A stretch of 27,054 nt of DNA from Fonticula alba ATCC 38817 (Eukaryota; Protista; Nucleariida). Where the stretch lies: the NCBI GenBank assembly GCA_000388065.2, contig KB932203.1; one strand, 5' to 3'. The position numbers and the translations under genes were made by a program. The notes below the pieces were generated by a model. The model was given only the letters and a program-made list of their open reading frames with translations. It was not told the DNA's origin and searched no databases. Of the stretch, positions 19,530 to 27,054 are shown one piece after another (position 1 is the stretch's first letter; the number at the start of each line of letters is the position of its first letter).

Positions 19530-22500
19530 ATGCTCTTCGCTACCGAGGAGCTGGCGCTCCCCCGCACCAGCACCGACAGCCCGGTCTTCAACGAGGCGGA
19601 CTTGGTGGCGGCGACGGCGGTAGCCGGGGCGAGCAGCCCGACAGTGATTGATGGCGGTGGCGGCGGTGACGGCAACGGCGGTGGCGGCGACGGCGGCGGC
19701 GGCGGCGGCCGCGGTGGCGGCAACGGCGGTGGCGATGACGGCGGCCCGGCGCCGCCCTCCTCGCCGCAGGCGGCCGACACCCTGCCGCCCTCTTCGCTGC
19801 TGAAAGCACCCCACACGCCGGGGCCCGGCCGATCGCCGCCCGGCGGCCCGGCCGGCACGCCCACCCAGCCCGGCGTGACGTCCCCCGCGGCGGCCAGCTT
19901 CCCCCCGCTGGACATCCTGCTGGCCGGCCAGCGGTGGCTCCACTGCATTGTGGTGGTCACCTTCGACCTGGAGCTCGGCCAGTCCATCGAGGCCATCTAC
20001 CCGCCGGTGCATCTGTCCGAGCGAGAAATGCTCAACATCTGCTTCAACGCCTTTCCCGACTCGAACTCCGTGTCGGCCGAGGCCGACATCGAGTTCACCT
20101 TCCGCATGCGCCACGACTCGTGGTTTCGGCCGGTCCGGCACCCGAGCGTGGCCGCGGAGCCGCCCCCGGAGGACCCTGGGCCTGACGGCGGCCCCGGCCC
20201 CGGCCCCTCGGCCCCCGGGGCGGCCCCCGCCACCTCCCCCACCGAGGCCGGCCCCCCGCCCGGCATCCCGGTCTCCGACTCGGAGATGCCGCACATCCTG
20301 ACGGTCGTGGTGCCGACGGCCCCGGGGCCGGATGCCGGCCCGGGCCCCGGGCCCGGGTCCCTGGCCTCCCGGCCTCTCAGCGCCCCGGCCTCCACCGCTC
20401 GGCACCCGGGCCCGGGGGACGGCATGGCGGGCGTCCTGCCGGGCGCCTCGGCCCCTCGGCCCCCGGGGCCCGGGTCCATCCATGCCCCCTCGCTGCATGG
20501 GGCGGTGCTCTTCCGCCAGCGCAAGGACGCTCGTCGCCGGCGTGGCTACCTGCAAAAGTCCATCGTCGTGCTGGCCCGCACGCCGGGGCATCTGGGCCTC
20601 ATGCGCCTGCTGGCCCGCATGGTGGCCACCGTCTACCTGCAGGTCAACTCCGACGAGCATGACCAGCGCATCCTCCAGTCCGGCGTCCACCCGGCCGACG
20701 CGGCCCGGCTCCTCCCGGCCCCGGACCTGACCGCCGGCGGCACTGGCGTCCTTGAGACCGCCTGGTGGGCCATTGCCCGGTGGTGCGTCCGCGCTGCCCC
20801 TTTCCCCGCCCTTCCCTCCGCCCTGTCCTCCATTTAACCCCCCCCCCCCCCCCCCCGAACAAACACGCCTGTCGGGCTCCTCCCCTTTCCTCACCGCCAC
20901 ACACACACACGCGCACACGCACACAGGCCCCCCCCTTCGGCCGCCTTTTGCCGCGGCAAGTCCCTCATCAGTCAGCATGGCGTGCGCCAGCCCGTGTCCC
21001 TGGAGTTGCCCTTCTTCGGGTCGCTCATCCACTACCGGCCCCCTTGGTACTCGGCCGACGGCCTGCCCGGGGAGATGCCCCTCTCCTATGCGGAGTTCGT
21101 GTCCTCTCACGACGCGTCCGACCACCATGTGACCGACTATACGGACATCGTCCAGGCTGCCTCGGTGGCCGCCCTGGCCGCCGGCAAGCTTGGCGCTCGC
21201 GACACGCGGGCCTTCAGCGCCGGCCCGCAGGAGGCCAAGATCCGTCTGGAGTCCGTACGTGCCCGTCCGTCTCCGTCCCTCTTTTTTTTTTCCCCCATCC
21301 CACGCTCGCTCGGGGGACACGTCCGCACTTGGCTGCCCTGTGGTGGGGCCTCTTTCTCTTTCTCTCTCTCTCTCTCTCTCTCTTGCCCTTTCTCCCTCTC
21401 TCTCTCTTGCCCTTTCTCCCTCTCTCTCTCCCCCTTTCTCCCTCTCTCTCCCCCTTTCTCCCTCTCTCTTGCCCTTTCTCCCTCTCTCTTGCCCTTTCTC
21501 CCTCTCTCTCTTGCCCTTTCTCCCTCTCTCTCTTGCCCTTTCTCCCTCTCTCTCTTGCCCTCCCTCTCTCTCTCTCCCTCCCTCTCTCTCCCTCCCTCCC
21601 TCTCTCTCTCTCCCTCCCCCCTCTCTCTATCTATGGCCGCGCTGCGCCTCACTCCCCCACTCCCGGCATACACGCCCACGCCCACACGGCTCCTGCTGAC
21701 CCCCCCCCGCCCCCCGGCCCATCCCAGGCCCAAGTATACTCCCTGCGCGACTACCATGCCAGCTTGGCCCTCTACCTTGCCCGACATCGGCGGCCGCTGG
21801 CCAGCAAGTCCTCCTCGCCATGGTGGGACCCTCTGTCGCTGTCGTCCTCCTCCTCGCTGTCGTCCAGCACGACCGCCTCTTCCGGCGCCCCGTCCACCGT
21901 TGCCTCGACCAGCGGATCCTTCTCGACCTTGTCGCTGGCCGGCGGCACGGCCGGCGCCCCGGCGGCAGCCGGCGAGCCCGCGGTCACAGTGACCGCGGCG
22001 CCGGCCGCCTCGGCCACCGCCGCCAGCACCGCGGCCCTTTCTTCCTTCCGCATGAGCAGCCACTCCGCCGGGGGCCTGGCCGAAGGGCTGGAGCCGCCCG
22101 CCGGGCCGATGCCGGTTGATTTGCTGGCCTCGCTGGCTTCCAAGGCTGGGTCCGGGGCCGGCGGCCAGCCGGGCCCCCCCGTCGGCCAGCCGGCCGCCCT
22201 CCCGCCGGCGCCCTCGCCCCTGTCCTTGTCGATGGCCACGCCGCCGGCCCCGCCGGTGCCGGATCTGGCCTTCTCCCATGCCCTGCCCGTGGGCGACCTC
22301 TACCTCCTGTGGCAGCTGGTCCTGACGGCCGAGCCGTTGGTCGTGTGCGGCGCCGACCCGACAGCCGTGTCGGCCGTCGTCCGTGGCATGGTCGGCCTCA
22401 TCGGCGAGGAGCTCGGGGCCTCGGGCGACTCGACGTGCGACTGCTTTGCCTGCTTGCGCGGGACGCCGGAGCAGCCACGTCGCGCCGGGGCGCCCGGGCC

Positions 22501-22819
22501 CGGCCCCGGCGGCCCGAGTGCCCCGCCGCTTGCCTACATCGGCGACTACCGGCCCTACTTCACGCTGCATGATTCGGCCTTCGCCGGGCTGGTACCACCG
22601 CCGGGGACCGGCTCCCCGGTGGCGGTGCCCACATCCGGGTCCCGGCCCGGCGCGAAGGCCCTCATGCCCGACCCCTGGTCCTTCAGCATGGGCCCCCTTG
22701 ACAGCTGGACCCTGTGTGTGCGATCCGACGAGTGGTGGTCCAGCTGGCCGGAGTCGGCCCCCGGGCTGGCGAACCCCGGGTCCGAGGTGGAGATCCAGGC
22801 CCTGGCGGCCGCCCTGCTG

Positions 22820-22857
<38 letters not shown>

Positions 22858-25045
22858 CATGGGCCCCGGCTCGGCCGCCTCCTCGCCCGGGCCGGCGGCG
22901 TCGGCCTCCTCCCCGGCGTTGGCTGTCGCCGGGGCGCCTGCCTCGCCCGGGGCCTCCTCGTCGCCCTCCATGCCGCTGGAGGGCGGTCGAATGGGCCCCG
23001 GCCCGGCGGGCGCCTCCTCTCGGGGGTCCGTGGCGGCGGCGCTGTCGATCTTGCGCCCGGGCAGCCCGAGCCGGCCGCCGGCCGTCTGGGCGGTCGGCGT
23101 GGCCCCGGCCCCGGGGCTGACCATCCCCGGCCTCCCGCGCAATGGGCTCCCCGTGTCGTTGCCGATTCTCTGTTCGTATGCCGGGCCCGGCGGCACGGCT
23201 GCCGGCGGTCCGGCCGGGCCCATTGCCGGGGATCCGATGTCGGGGCTGGCCTCGGCCGGGCCGGGCGCCGGGCCCGGCGCTCCTGCCTCGGGCACTTCGC
23301 ACCTGGTGCCGGCCCTGGCCGGGCCCGGGTGCTCGGCCAGCGCCACGGCCGTCCTCGGCCGGGCCGGCCTCATCCTCGGCATCACCAATGCCCACTTCAA
23401 GCTGATGTCCCTGAGCCAGCCGGGCGGGGCCACCCGCTGGCCGCATGTTCTGCATTTGCCCAAGGGGGCCACCGGGCCGCACTTCGACCCGGGCCTCTGC
23501 GGCGCCGAGCCCTTCGCCTTCACGGCCTCCTCCGGCGGGGCGCTGGCCGGGCCCGGCACCGGGGGCGTCTTGGGTGCCGGGGGCCCGGGCGGCCCGGGCC
23601 CCGCCGGGGCCCCAGCCACCCCGCTGGCACCTGGCCCCGGGCCCGGGCCAAGCACCGCCGGCAGTCCGCCCAAGCTGACCACCACCGCCCGGCGCTATGT
23701 CAGCCGGTGTCCCTTCCTCACGCGGGCGGTGACCGATCCCACGGTGTCCGGTGCGCCCGGCCACCTCCTCATGTTTGGGGTTTCTCTTTTCCGCCCCGCT
23801 CCCCCCCTTTCCCCCCCCCCCCCTGTCTCCTCGCCCCTCGCTGACTCCCCAGGCCCGGTGGCTTGCCTCGGCCTGTGCCGCGCACTCGTCGAAGACGCGC
23901 ACCTGGACAAGCTCATTCGGTCGCACTTCCACCGGCTGACGCGGCTGTTCCTCCGGGCCATCGACCGCTATGTGGCACTTCTGGCCCCCCCGGCCGGCAG
24001 GTGCGTCGGCCGCGGGGCCACTGTCCTGGTTGCCCCCACCCTGGCCTCTTCTGTCTTCTCACCGCACCCCCCTCTCCCCTCCTGCTCCCTCTCCGTCCGC
24101 CGCTTTGCCTTGTGCTGATGCGCCCGTGTGCCGGCGCCGGCCGGTCCGCAGCTCCGCGCCATATCGGCCCTGTCCTCGGCCGCGGCCCTTCGATCGAAAG
24201 GCCTTCATGACGGCCGTGCGCGACCTCGGTGCGTCTGCCCCGGGGCCTCCCCGGCCGGCCTTGTTGTTTTTCTTTTCCCTCCCTGTGAAGGCAAGCTCAC
24301 CTCCTTCCCCTCGGAGAGGGGGGGACGATACTTGGCGGCCATGGCAGCCATCGAGTTCCACCCCCTATCCAAGACCGGCTGGCGTGCCCTTTATGCCTCG
24401 TTCCTGACCACCGCGCATGGGATGGCCTGGCTGCGGGCCCGGTGGCGTGCCCTGGCCTGGAGTGTGCGCCTCCGCTGGTTGGAAAGTGCGTCGCTGCCTG
24501 CCTGTTGTGTCCCGCTCCGCTGGGTCTCTTTCTTTCTTTCCCCTCGCCACTCCTCCATGTTTGTTGCTCGGTAGTGTTCCCCCCCCCCTGCTCTCCCTCC
24601 CATGACTGCGGGGGTGCGCGCCACATGCTCACCATTGGCCTTCGCCCTTCTCTGCTCAACTTGCGGTCTTCTGCCGTTGTCTCTGCCCGCAACGGCACAC
24701 ACCCGCAACGGCACACGCCCGCAACGGCACACGCCCGCAACGGCACACGCCCGCACAAACACACACACAAACACAAACGCGCGCACAGGCCTTGTGGCGT
24801 GGTCGACAGATCGCGGCTCGGAGGGCTTCGAGTCATGGCTTGCCGACCCGCTGACCTTCGTCAAGACCCCCGGGCCCGGGGGCTCGAGCCCGGATATCGA
24901 GCGCATGGCCCTGCTCCTGCGCCTGGAGGCGGTCCTCAACCATCCCCCCTCGCGGGCGGCCATCGGCCCTGAGGGCGCCCGGACCGTGGACAATCTGTGC
25001 GACCGGATCCGCCTGCGCCTTAACAGCAGCATGGGCCGCCTTTAG
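19530..25045 (+). CDS. DENND6: DENND6/FAM116-family DENN-domain protein (putative Rab GEF), ~1426 aa with large low-complexity insertions; 7 exons
   Basis: Exons: 19530-20782, 20927-21254, 21728-23750, 23853-24000, 24152-24228, 24291-24485, 24789-25045, all phase-consistent. Motifs: WLHCIVVVTFDLELGQSIEAIYP, NICFNAFPDSNS, FRQRKD...RGYLQKSIVVL, LWQLVLTAEPLVV, YIGDYRPYFTLHD, LILGITN..WPHVLHL, IRSHFHRLTRLFLRAIDRYV, WRALYASFL. An AG at 19522-19523 just after a gap means an upstream exon cannot be excluded. Confidence 0.9.
21352..21627 (+). repeat. CT-rich minisatellite (~20-24-nt unit TTGCCCTTTCTCCCTCTCT(CT)n, about 8 copies) in DENND6 intron 2
   Basis: Read directly from the sequence; nearly pure pyrimidine strand. 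Confidence 0.9.
24686..24749 (+). repeat. 4 x 16-nt tandem repeat CCCGCAACGGCACAC(A/G) in the last DENND6 intron
   Basis: Units start at 24686, 24702, 24718 and 24734. Confidence 0.9.
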
Positions 25046-25206
25046 CGACTCCCGACCGGCGGGGCCCGGGGAATGCTCCCTCCCCTCGCCCTTGTCTTTC
25101 CCACATTCTTCCCTCATGGGCGTCTTTCTTGTGTTACTTTCCTCCTCCTCCCCTGCCACCTCCCGGCGCCCCATAGCCGCATAACCATAGACTTCCCGTT
25201 TGGCTC

Positions 25207-25217
25207 CGCGCGCGCGC

Positions 25218-25244
<27 letters not shown>
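25207..25244 (+). repeat. (GC)n-(GT)n dinucleotide microsatellite downstream of DENND6
   Basis: cgcgcgcgcgcgtgtgtgtg... read directly. Confidence 0.85.
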
Positions 25245-25252
<8 letters not shown>

Positions 25253-27054
25253 CCTCCTTTTTCCCCGCCCCTTGTCCGGGTGGCGTGGCCAGTCTTCTCG
25301 GACAAGAGTACCGGGTCGGGGAATATTTCCGCGCCATTATGCCCGGCGGCCGCAAAAGGCCCTCGCGCACACATGCGGGCACACGGGCCTCCGCCCCGGG
25401 GCTGACATCAGTGGTTGGAGCGAGCCATCGGGAGGGAGGGTTTCCCGGCGGCACTGGGGGCCGTCATGCGATAGGACACTATCAACCGGCGATGGCACGA
25501 GCCGCCGACCACGTGCGGCTGGCTGCAGGGCCACGACCGCGCTGCTCGCGGCGCACCGGTGAGTTGGCGGATTGCGCTGTCAGAGCTGGCTGTGCACGGG
25601 GGGGGGGGGGCGAGCGCGGGGCAGCGGAGAGCATGATCCTGGCCAGCTTGGTCCCCCTGGGTTCCCCCAAGCGGGTGCACGTTGGGGTGTGGTGTGTTTG
25701 CCCGTGGCTGGCCCCGAGTGCGTGTATTTGCGTGTGCGTGTTTCCCCCCTCCCCCGCCCCCCGCCTCCCCTGTGTGGCCCTGTGCACCTCCTCGCCGGGT
25801 ATTATTCTATTTACCCGGCGTGGGGGGAGGCCTGTCGAGTGTCTGCCCTTCCGGTGGATCTACGTGTGTGTGTGTGTGTGTATGTGTGTGTTGGTTGTTT
25901 AGATGTGTGTGCGTGAGGGACGGAGCCGGAGGGGAAGGGGGCGAGCGGAGGCAGGACTGTGCTGTGGGGCAATAAGTGGGCCATGAGGTGGGCAGGCAAG
26001 GCAGCGTGATGTCCCCCCTTCCCCCTGCCCTCCACGCCCACACGCCCAGGCCCACGCCCACACACGCCTCCCGGGGAGGGGAGACCAAGCCGCCGGGGTG
26101 ACCGGCTGGCTGGCGGCCAGGGCGGGCTGACCGGCCCGGACATGCGGCATCACTGATATGGGGCGGTCTTCGGTGCGCCGGGCATTTCGGGTTGCAATCG
26201 CCGGAATGCCGGTGTGCCGAGTGCCGGGCGAGCCCGCCTCGGGGGGTCTGCTCGCTCGAAATGTGCCGGCCGGTTAAGCGCTCCCTCGGTGGCGTGAAAG
26301 GGAGAGGCGCCTTCCCGGGAAAAGGGCACGGCATGAGGTGCGCGGCCGTGCGACGCCACCGGCCTGCGACAGGGCGTGGGGAGTTGGGGGGGGGGCAGGC
26401 CGTGTGTGCGAAACCTTTCCAGCACCACCGGCTGATCGGGGCATGGCGTCACAGCTAGCCATGGAAACCCCCCTCCTCCGCCGCAGGGGCCCCAAGTCGA
26501 GGGCAAGGGGGCACGGCCCGGGCAGCGCGCCTGCGCCTTCGCACAGGCGCCCGCACGCCCGAGCCGGGGCTGGGGGATGGCACGAAGGGGGCCGGGCTGG
26601 GCCGAAAGCATGCGCCTCTCGCCTTCTTGTCGGGCCCGAGCGGAGCGATTAATGTTACTCCTGCCAGGTGCGCAACCGGGCCTCGGTATTCCCGTTCAGT
26701 CGAATGGGTCCCCCGGCCGAGGGCGTGAGAGGTACTTCCCCCCAGGCCGGCCCTCTCTTTCGCGTGCGCTCTCCCCCCCCCCCCCCCCCCCCGCCCTGCC
26801 AGTGACAACGGAGCCGGGGCCGGGCCGGGCCGGACGAGCGGGCCAGAAAGTTAATCCTTTTCACAGGGGCACCCCAGGCGCAAAGAAGCGCCCAGCGAAT
26901 GCAGTGGCGCCGCCCCTGTGGCATTTCCCTCTCTCCCCCGACGAGTGGGGGGCTGCCGGTCGTCCTCCGGGCAGACGGGGCGCGCACGCGCGCCCCCGGT
27001 CTCGGGACCCACAATCACACCCTGAGCCAGAGCAGCGGGCCGAGCCGAGGCGGC

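Noticed and set aside
4819-19996. ORFs running through N gaps (e.g. 4819-6990, 8141-10105, 15199-16989, 18071-19996)
   Set aside because: They are open only because N codons are not stops.
12409-24749. CRISPR-like arrays (octamer array; 16-nt repeat)
   Set aside because: They are contiguous tandem units with no unique spacers, in eukaryotic introns, with no cas genes.
25492-25902. Possible small plus-strand gene (ATG ~25492, GTGAGT donor at 25559)
   Set aside because: No recognisable protein, no convincing downstream exon, and the donor type is not used by any of the 27 supported introns.
1-27054. Long antisense and off-frame ORFs in the track (e.g. 3887-5734 +, 18378-21320 -, 21137-23932 -)
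   Set aside because: They are shadows of real GC-rich exons, with Arg/Gly/Pro-rich translations and no motifs; stop codons are rare at this GC content.
1-27054. tRNA, rRNA, snoRNA and transposon (reverse transcriptase, transposase, TIR/LTR) signatures
   Set aside because: By eye I saw no T-loop/D-loop cloverleaf, rRNA motifs, C/D box pair, catalytic motifs or terminal repeats with target-site duplications. An Infernal or RepeatModeler run would be needed to exclude them formally.

Overview
This is GC-rich, intron-rich eukaryotic DNA from a draft assembly with six N-gaps. It is not a prokaryotic region, and most six-frame ORFs are spurious antisense, off-frame or N-spanning ORFs. By manual splice and frame reconstruction I find four multi-exon genes in two head-to-head pairs. 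(1) A strongly expanded nuclear cap-binding protein 1 / CBP80 (minus, 93-6102, 9 exons, ~1510 aa). (2) eIF2A (plus, 6635-9424; first exon probably lost in a gap). (3) A Dbl-family RhoGEF with coiled-coil-DH-PH-SH3-WW-WW architecture (minus, 10118-14683, 11 exons, 935 aa). (4) A DENND6/FAM116-type Rab GEF (plus, 19530-25045, 7 exons, ~1426 aa). Family assignments rest on motif comparison with human sequences recalled from memory; no database search was run. The style (very high GC, Ala/Gly/Pro-inflated proteins, CT/CA-rich introns) suggests a unicellular opisthokont such as Fonticula alba, which is an unverified inference. The most notable observations are these: C at intron position +4 in 26 of 27 donors; a bipartite motif (GAGCGTG..GCGACTTTTC) just after the stop codons of both NCBP1 and eIF2A; the unusual GEF architecture with atypical SH3 and WW domains; and a 54-unit, indel-free ATG-phased octamer array in a GEF intron. 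I found no CRISPR array, RNA gene or mobile element, and no clear-cut novel multi-gene system.
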